A stretch of 64,000 nucleotides of DNA from an uncultured Sphingomonas sp. GTDB taxonomy: Bacteria; Pseudomonadota; Alphaproteobacteria; Sphingomonadales; Sphingomonadaceae. The first letter of the stretch is position 1. The number at the start of each line of letters is the position of its first letter. The position numbers and the translations under genes were made by a program. The notes under the pieces were generated by a model. It made no database searches and had not been told where the DNA came from. It saw only the letters and a list, made by a program, of their open reading frames with translations. Where the stretch lies: positions 29,680-93,679 of the forward strand of contig NZ_CALMPA010000059.1 of NCBI RefSeq assembly GCF_937871615.1. The letters are read 5' to 3'. This document shows, piece after piece, positions 48,068-57,489 of this stretch.

Positions 48068-50116
48068 TCAAAAGCCAGTACGCAGCCCGAGCACGAAGCT
48101 CCTGCCGCGCAGCGGCGATGCGTTCTTGATGAACGAGGCATGGTTGTAGGCCAGCTCGTTCGCCAGGTTTGTTCCCCGCACGAACAGCTCGGCATTGGCC
48201 TTCCGCCCCAGCTCGAGCTTGTAAGCCAGCGTGGCATTCAACATGTCATAGCCCGACGTGCGCGTTTCGAATGCGGCGATCTTGCCCTGCTCGAAGACAT
48301 GATAATATTCGAGATCGGCAGAAAGCGGCCCCCACTTGCCATCGGCACGCGCGCCCAGCCGGCCAGCGGGAATGCGTGGCAGGTTACCGAGGCCACCTTT
48401 GAGCTTTGCTCGCACATAGTCGCCAAACACCGACACGCCGAAATCGGGCGTAAGTTGCCGGCGAAGCTCACCGTCGATACCGGTGAATTTCGCATCGGCC
48501 GCCGTGTAGCGGATCAGGCGGAAATCCTCGAAGCGATCGAGTGTGTCGGCGAAGATATAATTGTCGAAATCCTGATGATAGGCGCCGATGGTGAAGGTCG
48601 TTGCCCCTGCCGTCTTGCGGAAGGTCAGATCGATCGACTTCCCCGTTTCCTTGCCCAGCGTGGCCGTGCCCAATTCGTAAGTGTTAGTGGCAAGGTGCAC
48701 ACCGCGCGCATAAAGTTCCTGAACATTAGGCGCGCGCTGCGATCGGGCGAGCGAGAGCGCCAGCGAATAGTCGCTATTGATGTCCCACACTGCCGCGCCC
48801 GAAATCGAGAAGGGCCGGCGGCTGACCTTGCGATTGAGCGTGGTCTCAACCGTCTGCCATTCGTGGCGTGCCGCGATCTCAAATCGGACCGGACCGGCCC
48901 GCAGCGTCTCCATCAGGAAGAGAGCCGTATTGCTGGTCTCGCTTTTGGGCAGGAAGGCTTCTTTGCCCACCGCGCTGAATGCGCTGTTGGAATGCTGGAT
49001 ACCGAACACGCCGCGCAGACCCGCAATCGGCTTGTGGGTCAGTTCGAAACGTATATCGTGTGCCTTGTTCTTGAAGGTGGTGCCGACTTCGTCATGCTCG
49101 ATCTCGTCATGTTCATAGTCGGTGAACGCCATGCGGAAGCGCATCTTCTCGAATCCCGGCAGCGGATCGCGATACTCACTGCGGATGTCGAAGCGATCGC
49201 TCCGGAGCTTCACGAACGGCACCTCGTCATGATCGTGCGCAAGATCATGGTTGTGATCGTCGACGCCATGATTGTGGTCGTGGCCACCGCAATGCAGGCT
49301 GTTCTTGTGCGGATGGCAGGATTCATATTCGTGAGAGTGGCCGGGCAGCCCATACTCGCTGCGCTGGCGCGTATAGGCCACACCGAGATAACCGTCCGAC
49401 CCAATCCAGGAACCACCGACGGTGAAGGTTGAGGTATCATTATATGAACCAGGCACACGGCGCTCGCCGAACTTTTTCGGTATCCGGTAGTCTTCGGAAC
49501 CGCGATGGACGCCTTCAAGATGGAAAGCGAAGGAACCGCCACCAGCGGTCAGTCCGCCGACCAATGAGCGTTCCTTATCCGCCGTGCCGAGCCGCCCCTC
49601 CGCAACCCCCGAAATCCCGCCCTCAGGGATCGCGGTCGGCACCTTGTCATCCAACAGATTGATCGCGCCGCCGATCGCGCCGCCACCGTAAAGCAGGGCG
49701 GAGGGCCCACGCAGCACTTCGATCCCGCGCAGCAGCAGGGGCTCGGTGGTCACGGCATGGTCCGGCGAGATGGCGGAAGCATCCTGCACGTTCGCCCCAT
49801 CGGAGAGAGCCTGAACGCGGGGCGAAGTCTGGCCGCGAATGACCGGTCGGCTAGCGCCGCCGCCGAAATTGTCGAAATTGATGCCGGGCTGTCCGGCCAG
49901 CGTATCACCCAGGGTCGCCTGCCGACGATGCGCGAGATCATCGCCCGACAGGATGATGACCGGCGTCGCGGTCGCATCGACTGTCTGTTCCAGGCCTTGA
50001 GCCGTCACGACGATGTCGCGATCGCCGGCACTGCCAGCTTCTGCGGATGCCAGCGCGACATGCGGCAATAGAGCCAACGCGGAAGCGGCCGACAACAGCA
50101 GGACACGAATTTTCAC
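48068..50116 (-). CDS. TonB-dependent outer membrane receptor with His/Asp/Cys-rich loop (ZnuD-like, probable zinc receptor)
   Basis: GTG 50116 is preceded by AAGGGGG-n6. It has a signal peptide, a plug domain and the loop HSHEYESCHPHKNSLHCGGHDHNHGVDDHNHDLAHDHDE. It ends in a terminal Phe. Confidence 0.9.
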   Translation of the reverse strand: MKIRVLLLSAASALALLPHVALASAEAGSAGDRDIVVTAQGLEQTVDATATPVIILSGDDLAHRRQATLGDTLAGQPGINFDNFGGGASRPVIRGQTSPRVQALSDGANVQDASAISPDHAVTTEPLLLRGIEVLRGPSALLYGGGAIGGAINLLDDKVPTAIPEGGISGVAEGRLGTADKERSLVGGLTAGGGSFAFHLEGVHRGSEDYRIPKKFGERRVPGSYNDTSTFTVGGSWIGSDGYLGVAYTRQRSEYGLPGHSHEYESCHPHKNSLHCGGHDHNHGVDDHNHDLAHDHDEVPFVKLRSDRFDIRSEYRDPLPGFEKMRFRMAFTDYEHDEIEHDEVGTTFKNKAHDIRFELTHKPIAGLRGVFGIQHSNSAFSAVGKEAFLPKSETSNTALFLMETLRAGPVRFEIAARHEWQTVETTLNRKVSRRPFSISGAAVWDINSDYSLALSLARSQRAPNVQELYARGVHLATNTYELGTATLGKETGKSIDLTFRKTAGATTFTIGAYHQDFDNYIFADTLDRFEDFRLIRYTAADAKFTGIDGELRRQLTPDFGVSVFGDYVRAKLKGGLGNLPRIPAGRLGARADGKWGPLSADLEYYHVFEQGKIAAFETRTSGYDMLNATLAYKLELGRKANAELFVRGTNLANELAYNHASFIKNASPLRGRSFVLGLRTGF

Positions 50117-50158
50117 GAACAACCCCCTTTTGCGCTTGAGTTCGGGGCCCGAATAGGA

Positions 50159-50172
50159 AACGATATAACATT
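50159..50172. promoter_or_regulatory. candidate Zur box
   Basis: AACGATATAACATT matches the idealised palindrome AATGTTATAACATT at 12 of 14 positions. It lies between the divergent receptor and merC-like genes. Confidence 0.4.
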
Positions 50173-50198
50173 ACGCAAGCGGGGTTTTGATAGATTTT

Positions 50199-50606
50199 AT
50201 GCGTGCGAGTAATAAGTCGTCCAACAGCGGGAGCGAATTGCATACCAATGTGGTCGAGGGGGCAGCGATCTCCGCATCGCTCCTATGCCTGGTGCATTGC
50301 CTCGCCCTGCCGTTCCTGCTGCTCCTGCTGCCCGGAATCATCGGCACCTTCGCGCAATCAGCGACCTTTCATTATGTCGCGCTGGTACTGATTGTGCCGA
50401 GCGCCCTTGCGGCGTTCTTGCTCGGATATAAGTGGCACGGAGCCGTGCTGCCGGCGCTGATTGGACTGGCTGGCTTAGGCTGCCTGGTGATCGTCCTTCT
50501 GCCGGGTGCGCGCGCGAGCACCGAGCGTTGGTTTACGGTTACAGGAAGCCTGTTTCTAGTGACCGGCCATATCATGAACTGGCGCTTGCGATCCCATGCG
50601 CACTGA
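50199..50606 (+). CDS. MerC-domain membrane protein
   Basis: It has about 4 predicted TM helices and the motif SLLCLVHCLALPFLLLLLP (C-x-x-H-C). ATG 50199 is preferred over the TTG at 50187. It overlaps the zur start by 11 nt. Confidence 0.7.
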   Translation: MRASNKSSNSGSELHTNVVEGAAISASLLCLVHCLALPFLLLLLPGIIGTFAQSATFHYVALVLIVPSALAAFLLGYKWHGAVLPALIGLAGLGCLVIVLLPGARASTERWFTVTGSLFLVTGHIMNWRLRSHAH

Positions 50607-51111
50607 TCCGGCTACCAAGAATGTGGGCGTAAAGCATCGGACGTTACGTCAACCACATCGACGCTACCGGGCGGCCGCTGTTCTCGATGCGATGGTGATG
50701 GCTCTGCTTACGGAAAGCAATCAGCCGCTGACCGCCCATGACATTGCTCGTCGAAGCAGCGAAAAAGGATCGCATATTAAGCCGATGCAAGTCTATCGCG
50801 TGCTCGATCGCCTAGACGCTGATGAGAGAATCCAGCGCGTCGAACTGCTCTCGGCATGGCTTCCAAGGCACGGGACCCGGCAGGGATTCATGGTTTGCCA
50901 GTCATGCCGTTCTGTACAGGCCTTTCCCATCGATGCGTTGCAGGTAGCGCTTCAACGGCTGTGTCGTGCGGCCTACCTTTCGCCGACGCGTCAGATTGTT
51001 GAGACATGGGGTCTCTGCGCCGAATGCGACGGTCAAAGAGAAATGATGGGTCGGTCGGTTACGACCGGAAAGGGACAAGGGGTGCGCATCAGTGGCCTGA
51101 TGCCGATTTGA
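50596..51111 (+). CDS. zur: Fur-family regulator, Zur-like
   Basis: Winged-helix region PLTAHDIARR...VYRVLDRL, and two CxxC pairs (CQSC ... CAEC). Confidence 0.75.
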   Translation: MRTDPATKNVGVKHRTLRQPHRRYRAAAVLDAMVMALLTESNQPLTAHDIARRSSEKGSHIKPMQVYRVLDRLDADERIQRVELLSAWLPRHGTRQGFMVCQSCRSVQAFPIDALQVALQRLCRAAYLSPTRQIVETWGLCAECDGQREMMGRSVTTGKGQGVRISGLMPI

Positions 51112-51320
51112 AAGACACCGAGATAGGCTAAATTAGGCCATGCGTTCACGTCGGCATTCCCGAAGGAGCGAGGGAGGATCGGCGGCAGTTTGCACGGCTA
51201 AGCTTGGGTGGATTCCGCTCGGACGGATTTCGGCGAGAGATTGGGCTGCAGCAGATCGTCCGGTTCAGCTGCTTTCACCGGCAGGTGGACGATGCAGCGA
51301 ATATCCGGGCTCGCGAGCCT

Positions 51321-51969
51321 TGATCTTCCCCCGGATCGGCGGACACGCTGGGTTAGCCGGTCATGCGCTGTTCGGCCTGTTCGGGCGTGAGATATCCGCG
51401 GGCTGCCGTATCGCCCCTGATGGCGCTTCTGGAGCCGACGCACGTTGTCAGCAGCGCCAGGTTGGCCATCGTCCGCGCGCTTGGCGAGCGACCACGCCAA
51501 TCGTAATAGCCGCTGCGCGACACGCCGAGCATGCGGCACATGACATTCACCGGCCAGGTGGACGCATGCTGCTCGATAAAGGCGAACTTCACCGCGGCAT
51601 CTCCGCAAAGATGCCGACGGCTTTTTTAAAATATCGCGCTCCATTCGAGTCCGATCCAACTCGCGCCGCAGTCGGGCAATCTCCGACGCCTGATCCGCCG
51701 GCAACGCCATCGTCGATACTGGCGGCTTCGCCGCCGGGTTCGCGGGCATGCCGCCCTCCTGCAACTTGCGCTGCCAGCGACGCAGCATCTTCGGCATGAT
51801 CCCAAGCTCGCCCGCTATCTCGGTCTGCGAGCGACCGCTCGTCTCCCAAAGCGCGACCGCCTCGCGCTTGAACTCGTCAGTGAACAAACGCTTCGTCGTC
51901 TTTGCCATCAAAACACCTCCTGGCTCCAAAGAGCCTATCATCGGTGTCCGTCAAACCGAGGGAAGATCA
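51321..51969 (-). mobile_element. IS3-family element, internally deleted derivative bounded by terminal inverted repeats
   Basis: IRs TGATCTTCCCTCGGTTTGACGGACAC (from 51969 inward) and TGATCTTCCCCCGGATCGGCGGACAC (from 51321 inward) match at 22 of 26 positions. orfA starts at ATG 51908 with AGGAGG (MAKTTKRLFTDEFKREAVALWETSGRSQTEIAGELGI). An AAAAAAG run lies at 51621-51627. The orfB N-terminus (KFAFIEQHASTWPVNVMCRMLGVSRSGYYDWRGR, GRYGSPRI) is split across frames, and the DDE domain is absent. Confidence 0.75.
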
Positions 51970-52066
51970 CGACCAGCGCACCAACGCCGGGATAACGCTT
52001 GGCCAAGGTTGATGCGGCCGCGATTAGCACGCCGGAGATGGCCGCCTTCGTCACCAGATAAAGCAT
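51970..52066 (-). pseudogene. DUF3147-family membrane protein, N-terminal 32 codons only
   Basis: MLYLVTKAAISGVLIAAASTLAKRYPGVGALV runs directly into the IS3 inverted repeat at 51969. Confidence 0.5.
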
Positions 52067-52628
52067 CGCTGGACCGTGATCGAATGACCTTCGTTCGACA
52101 AGGCGCCATGCCACTCGACATGGTGCAGACATACTTTTGTATATTGAAGCGACGCGAATGGATAGCGCTGATGCCGCAACGATTGCTGGCCAGCTCCAGG
52201 GCTGAATATTAAGCAGAACGCCGCAACCCGTGGCTTTGCATGCCTCGGGCGGCTTCGAAGGACCCGCAACAATGTCATGCGACAGTAGCCGAAAGAGCGC
52301 GTCGCTGCCGCCGTCCGGCCGGGACTGAGTTCCGGCACCCCGCTGGCGGCGCGGTGGCGCGACAGCGAGGTGTGATATGAATATCCTGAAAGCGACGCGC
52401 AAATGCGTCCTGCTGCCCCGGTGTGCCAGATTCAACGGGCATGAGAAAGAACGACGGCGGGCGCCGGTGCTTCGCTGGCACGTCGATGCCGGCTTGAAGC
52501 GGATTGAATGCCGCTGGGTGGTTCAGGTCGACGATCCGTGCGTTGCGGCGTCCGGCCCCATGCCGCTCGCGGCGCGGATCGAAGCCATCCTGCGCTCGCC
52601 CTCACGCTGACAGATCCGGGAAACTCAC

Positions 52629-55343
52629 ATGAACCTGATGACGAAGGTCGCGCCGGTCGGCGGCGCCCGGCCGCGGGACCGCCGCCTGTCGATGCGAGCG
52701 ATCCGCGAGGCGCACAACAGCGTCGAGACGACGCTGGCGAACTTCCGCGCGCACGGCGGCGGGCTTTCCGGTGCGGAAGCGGCGGCCCGGCTGGCGAAGG
52801 ACGGCCCGAACGAGGTGGCGCACGATCGCCGCCCCCACGCGCTGGCCCAGTTCCTCCATGCCTTCGTCAATCCGTTCATCGCGGTGTTGATGACGCTGGC
52901 CGCGATCTCGGCGGTGACGGATATCCTCCTTCCACTGCGCGAAGGCGAAACGGCCGATTACACCAGCGTCGTCATCATCGTGACGATGGTGATGCTGAGC
53001 GCGCTGCTGCGCTTCTGGCAGGAATATCGCTCCGGCAGAGCGGCCGATGCGCTGAAGGCGATGGTGCGTACCACGGCAACGGTACGGCGCCGGGCCGATG
53101 ACGGCGAGGAAGCCCGCCTCGCCGAGATTCCGATGGCCGAGATCGTCGTTGGTGACATCGTCCATCTTTCGGCCGGCGACATGATCCCGGCCGACGTGCG
53201 GCTGCTCGAATCGCGCGACCTGTTCGTCAGCCAAGCGGCGCTGACCGGCGAGGCGCTGCCGGTCGAGAAATACGATACGCTCGGCGCAGTGGCGGGCAAG
53301 TCGGCCGATGCGGCGGCCGATGAGGACACCGCCGCGCTCGATCTGCCGACGATCTGCTTCATGGGCTCCAATGTCGTCAGTGGCACCGCCACCGCGGTGG
53401 TCGTCGCGACCGGCGCGCGGACCTATTTCGGCTCGCTCGCCAAGGCGATCGTCGGCTCGCGCGCCGAAACCGCGTTCGATCGCGGGGTCAATTCGGTCAG
53501 CTGGCTGCTGATCCGCTTCATGCTGGTGATGGTGCCGATCGTGCTGCTCATCAACGGCTTTGCCAAAGGCGACTGGACCAACGCCTTCCTGTTCGCGCTC
53601 GCGGTGGCGGTGGGACTCACCCCCGAGATGCTGCCGATGATCGTCTCGTCGAACCTCGCCAAGGGCGCGGTGGCGATGGCGCGGCGCAAGGTGGTGGTGA
53701 AGCGGCTCAACGCGATCCAGAATTTCGGCGCGATGGACGTGCTGTGCACCGACAAGACCGGCACGCTGACGCAGGATCGCATCATCCTCGAACGGCATCT
53801 CGACGTGCATGGCGAACGCGACGATGCGGTGCTGCGCTATGCCTGGATCAACAGCCATCACCAGAGCGGCGTGCGCAACCTGATGGATCAGGCGGTGGTG
53901 CGCTTCGCGAGCGAACTGCCCGAGGTGGTGCGGCCGGCGGAACATTATCAGAAGGTCGACGAACTGCCGTTCGATTTCATCCGCCGCCGGCTGTCGGTGG
54001 TGGTCGACGATACGGACGGCGCGCACCTCATCGTCTGCAAGGGCGCAGTGGAGGAGATGCTCGCCATCTCCGGCGCGATCCGTGACGGCGTCGCGGTGCG
54101 CCCGCTCGGCGACGAGGAGCGCGCCACGCTAGTCGCCCGCGCGCGGGCGATGAATGCGGACGGCTTTCGCGTATTGGTCGTCGCAACGCGGGTGGTGCCG
54201 GGCGACGCGCGCAAGCCGCTGTACGGGATCGCAGACGAGCGCGACCTGATCGTCGAGGGTTTCCTGACCTTCCTCGATCCGCCGAAGGAGAGCGCGGCGC
54301 CCGCGCTGGCCGCGCTTGCCGATCACGGCGTCACGGTGAAGGTGCTGACCGGCGACAATGAGGTGGTCACCGCGCGCATCTGCCGTGAGGTCGGACTGGA
54401 GCCGGGGCAGCCACTGCTCGGACGCGAGATCGAGGCGCTCGACGATGCGCGGCTGCGCGCGCTGGTCGACGAGCGGACGATCTTCGCCAAGCTTACCCCG
54501 TTGCAGAAATCGCGCGTGCTGAAGGCGTTGCAGGCCAATGGCCATACCGTCGGCTTCCTCGGCGACGGGATCAACGATGCGCCGGCCTTGCGGGATGCCG
54601 ATGTCGGCATCTCGGTCGACAGCGGCACCGATATCGCCAAGGAATCCGCCGATATCATCCTGCTCGAAAAGAGCCTGATGGTGCTTGAGGAGGGCGTGCT
54701 CAAGGGCCGCGAGACGTTCGGCAACATCATCAAATATCTCAACATGACCGCGAGCTCGAATTTCGGGAACGTCTTTTCGGTGCTGATCGCCAGCGCGTTC
54801 ATCCCGTTCCTGCCGATGCTCGCGATCCAGCTCCTCATCCAGAATCTGATGTACGACGTGTCGCAGCTCGCGCTGCCGTGGGACCGGATGGACCGCGAAT
54901 TCTTGAAGCGCCCGCGCAAATGGGATGCGCGCAACATCGGGCGGTTCATGGTGTGGATCGGGCCAACCTCGTCGATCTTCGACGTCGCGACCTTCGCGCT
55001 TTTGTGGTTCGTGTTCGGGGCCAATACCCCGGCGCATCAGTCGCTGTTCCAGTCGGGCTGGTTCGTCGAGGGGCTGCTCTCGCAGACCCTGGTGGTCCAC
55101 ATGCTGCGCACCCAGCGCATCCCCTTCTTCCAGAGCATCGCCGCGCTGCCGGTGCTGGTGATGACAGCGTTGATCTGCACGCTCGGCGTGTTCATCCCCT
55201 TCTCGGCGTTCGGGACGATGGTCGGACTGCAACCGCTGCCGTGGAATTACTTTCCGTGGCTGGTCGCGATCCTCCTTGGCTATTGCGTCGTCGCGCAGTC
55301 GATGAAGGCATTTTACATCCGGCGGTTCGGGCAATGGTTCTGA
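52629..55343 (+). CDS. mgtA: magnesium-translocating P-type ATPase
   Basis: 904 aa. Phosphorylation motif CTDKTGTLTQD and hinge GDGINDAPAL, with an MgtA-like N-terminus and TM pattern. Confidence 0.93.
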   Translation: MNLMTKVAPVGGARPRDRRLSMRAIREAHNSVETTLANFRAHGGGLSGAEAAARLAKDGPNEVAHDRRPHALAQFLHAFVNPFIAVLMTLAAISAVTDILLPLREGETADYTSVVIIVTMVMLSALLRFWQEYRSGRAADALKAMVRTTATVRRRADDGEEARLAEIPMAEIVVGDIVHLSAGDMIPADVRLLESRDLFVSQAALTGEALPVEKYDTLGAVAGKSADAAADEDTAALDLPTICFMGSNVVSGTATAVVVATGARTYFGSLAKAIVGSRAETAFDRGVNSVSWLLIRFMLVMVPIVLLINGFAKGDWTNAFLFALAVAVGLTPEMLPMIVSSNLAKGAVAMARRKVVVKRLNAIQNFGAMDVLCTDKTGTLTQDRIILERHLDVHGERDDAVLRYAWINSHHQSGVRNLMDQAVVRFASELPEVVRPAEHYQKVDELPFDFIRRRLSVVVDDTDGAHLIVCKGAVEEMLAISGAIRDGVAVRPLGDEERATLVARARAMNADGFRVLVVATRVVPGDARKPLYGIADERDLIVEGFLTFLDPPKESAAPALAALADHGVTVKVLTGDNEVVTARICREVGLEPGQPLLGREIEALDDARLRALVDERTIFAKLTPLQKSRVLKALQANGHTVGFLGDGINDAPALRDADVGISVDSGTDIAKESADIILLEKSLMVLEEGVLKGRETFGNIIKYLNMTASSNFGNVFSVLIASAFIPFLPMLAIQLLIQNLMYDVSQLALPWDRMDREFLKRPRKWDARNIGRFMVWIGPTSSIFDVATFALLWFVFGANTPAHQSLFQSGWFVEGLLSQTLVVHMLRTQRIPFFQSIAALPVLVMTALICTLGVFIPFSAFGTMVGLQPLPWNYFPWLVAILLGYCVVAQSMKAFYIRRFGQWF

Positions 55344-55786
55344 GCCGGCGATACCGCGCCGCGCTGGCGTTTCAGGAAGGTTCGCCGCATGCCAACCGGC
55401 GGCGCGACGGATCGGGCACGCCGCGCCGCGGGTCCGGCCGGCCGCCGGAGCCGTCGTGGCGCGACCGGCTCGGGCGGCTGCTTTCCTGGGCGCTGGCCGC
55501 CGCCGCGACACGGCTGCTGGCGCTCGCGGCGATGCTAGCGCGGCACGGGGTTGTCTCGCGCAGGCAATGGCGGCGCCTGTCGTCGGCCAGCCATGGTCTG
55601 CAACGCGCTGCCCTTGTCGTGCTGCGCAAGGTAAGGTGAGCGATGCGCGGCGTGTTATTCGGGCGGCGGCGGCGCGGGCATCGCAGGGTCATCGACGGCA
55701 GGCGATGCGCGCGGCATAGGCGCAATCGCCGATTAGCGCGGTACGGTCGCATCGTAAGGCTGGGCAATGAACCGGAGAACAGCGGG

Positions 55787-56878
55787 ATGACTGACCGTGT
55801 CGCGACTACCAGCGCGCGACGTGGTCGCGCGATCATGGTGGCTATGCTCACCATCGCGATCGCCGCGATCTTCGTGGTCGATACGGTGACGGATTACGCC
55901 ATCGCGGCGGCGGTGTTCTACGTCGCGGTAATCCTGCTCGCGACGCGGCTGCTGCGTCCCCGATCGGTCGTCATACTGGCATCGCTGTGCGGCGTGCTGA
56001 CGATACTCAGCTTCGTGCTCACGCATTCAGGGCTGTACGAGGTGGGGATCATCAACACCGCGATCAGCATCGTCGCGATAGCGGTGACGGCCTATCTCTC
56101 GCTCAAGCTCGTCGCGGCGGAGGCGGCGATCCACGACGCGCGCGAACGGCTGATGCGGATCGCGCGTGTGACCAGCCTTGGCGAACTGACCGCCTCGATC
56201 GCCCATGAAGTGAACCAGCCGCTCGCCGCGGTGATGACCAGCGCCGGCGCCTGCCAGCGCTGGCTCGCCGCCGATCCGCCCAATATCGAGAAGGCCGAAC
56301 GCGCCGCAGAGCGGATCGTCGCCGAAGCCAGTCGCGCCAGCGAGGTGATCGCGCGGGTGCGCGGCCTCGCCAGTGGCAAGGCCCCGATGCGCGGGCGGTT
56401 CGTCCTCAACGCACTGGTCCACGAGATCGTCGATCTGGCGCGCGGTCAGATCGATCGCCACGATATCCTGCTGCGTCTCTATTTGCCGGAAAACCTGCCG
56501 GCGGTGTTCGGTGATCGCGTGCAGATCGGGCAGGTGATCGGCAATCTGCTGCTCAACGCGATCGACGCGGTGATCGCGGAGCCGGCACGTGGACACGAGA
56601 TCGAAGTGATCGCGTCGATCACCAAAGGCGGACAGGGCGTGACGCTGGCGGTCGCGGATTCGGGCATCGGCTTTCGCGCGGGCGAGGCGGAACGGTTGTT
56701 CGACGCCTTCTGGACGACCAAGCAGGACGGCATCGGGCTGGGCCTTACCATCAGTCGCGCGATCATCGAAGCCAATGGCGGGCGGATCTGGGCGGAAGAG
56801 AACGACATGAATGGCGCGACGCTCTTTTTCACCCTGCCGATTGCGCGCGCTGACACCCCGGGGGAAACGGCGGCATGA
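55787..56878 (+). CDS. sensor histidine kinase with membrane-embedded (4-TM) input region
   Basis: ORF 55643..56878. The start was moved to ATG 55787. H-box SIAHEVNQPL, N-box NLLLNAIDA, and G-boxes DSGIGF and GIGLGL. Confidence 0.85.
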   Translation: MTDRVATTSARRGRAIMVAMLTIAIAAIFVVDTVTDYAIAAAVFYVAVILLATRLLRPRSVVILASLCGVLTILSFVLTHSGLYEVGIINTAISIVAIAVTAYLSLKLVAAEAAIHDARERLMRIARVTSLGELTASIAHEVNQPLAAVMTSAGACQRWLAADPPNIEKAERAAERIVAEASRASEVIARVRGLASGKAPMRGRFVLNALVHEIVDLARGQIDRHDILLRLYLPENLPAVFGDRVQIGQVIGNLLLNAIDAVIAEPARGHEIEVIASITKGGQGVTLAVADSGIGFRAGEAERLFDAFWTTKQDGIGLGLTISRAIIEANGGRIWAEENDMNGATLFFTLPIARADTPGETAA

Positions 56879-57489
56879 CCAATCCTGCAGCACCGATCGT
56901 CTATATCGTTGATGATGACCGTTCGGTGCGCGAGGCGCTGGATGATCTGCTCTCCTCGGTGTCGCTGCGCACACAGACCTTCGCGTCGGTGCAGGAATTC
57001 GAGGCCGCCGCGCGCACGGATGCGCCATCCTGCCTCGTCCTCGACGTGCGGATGCCGGGGCAGAGCGGGATCGAGTTCCTCGCGCATATGGCCGAACGTG
57101 GCCTTGCCGTGCCAACCGTGATGATCACCGGCCACGGCGATATCGCGATGGGCGTGCGCGCGATGAAGGACGGTGCGATCGAGTTCCTCACCAAACCGTT
57201 CCGCGACCAGGATCTGCTCGATGCGATCAACCGCGGGATCGGGATCGATCGTGCGCGCCGCGCGGCGACGGAGGAAACGCGCCGGCTGCGCGAATTATGG
57301 GCATTTCTTTCCCCCGGCGAGCGCGACGTCGCGCGACTGGTGGTGCGCGGGCTGCTTAACAAGCAGATCGCGGCCGAGCTTGGGCTGAGCGAGATCACGG
57401 TGAAGGTGCGGCGCGGCAATCTGATGCGAAAGATGGAGGCGCGGACATTGCCCGATCTCGTCCGCGCTTATGATCGCATCCACATTTAG
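56875..57489 (+). CDS. response regulator, FixJ/NarL (LuxR HTH) family
   Basis: REC domain (VYIVDDD..., LVLDVRMPGQSG, KPF). C-terminal HTH LSEITVKVRRGNLMRKM. ATGA overlap with the kinase gene. Confidence 0.9.
   Translation: MTNPAAPIVYIVDDDRSVREALDDLLSSVSLRTQTFASVQEFEAAARTDAPSCLVLDVRMPGQSGIEFLAHMAERGLAVPTVMITGHGDIAMGVRAMKDGAIEFLTKPFRDQDLLDAINRGIGIDRARRAATEETRRLRELWAFLSPGERDVARLVVRGLLNKQIAAELGLSEITVKVRRGNLMRKMEARTLPDLVRAYDRIHI

Noticed and set aside
51198-51320. Continuation of IS3 orfB-like coding beyond the inverted repeat (…LASPDIRCIVHLPVKAAEPDDLLQPNL…).
   Set aside because: The similarity to orfB (HLPV, DLLQ) is weak and its spacing is inconsistent, whereas the 22/26 IR match places the element end at 51321. 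This remains unresolved pending an ISfinder comparison.
52377-52610. A 77-aa ORF as an mgtA leader peptide.
   Set aside because: It has no SD, is not Pro-rich like mgtL, and its composition looks non-coding.
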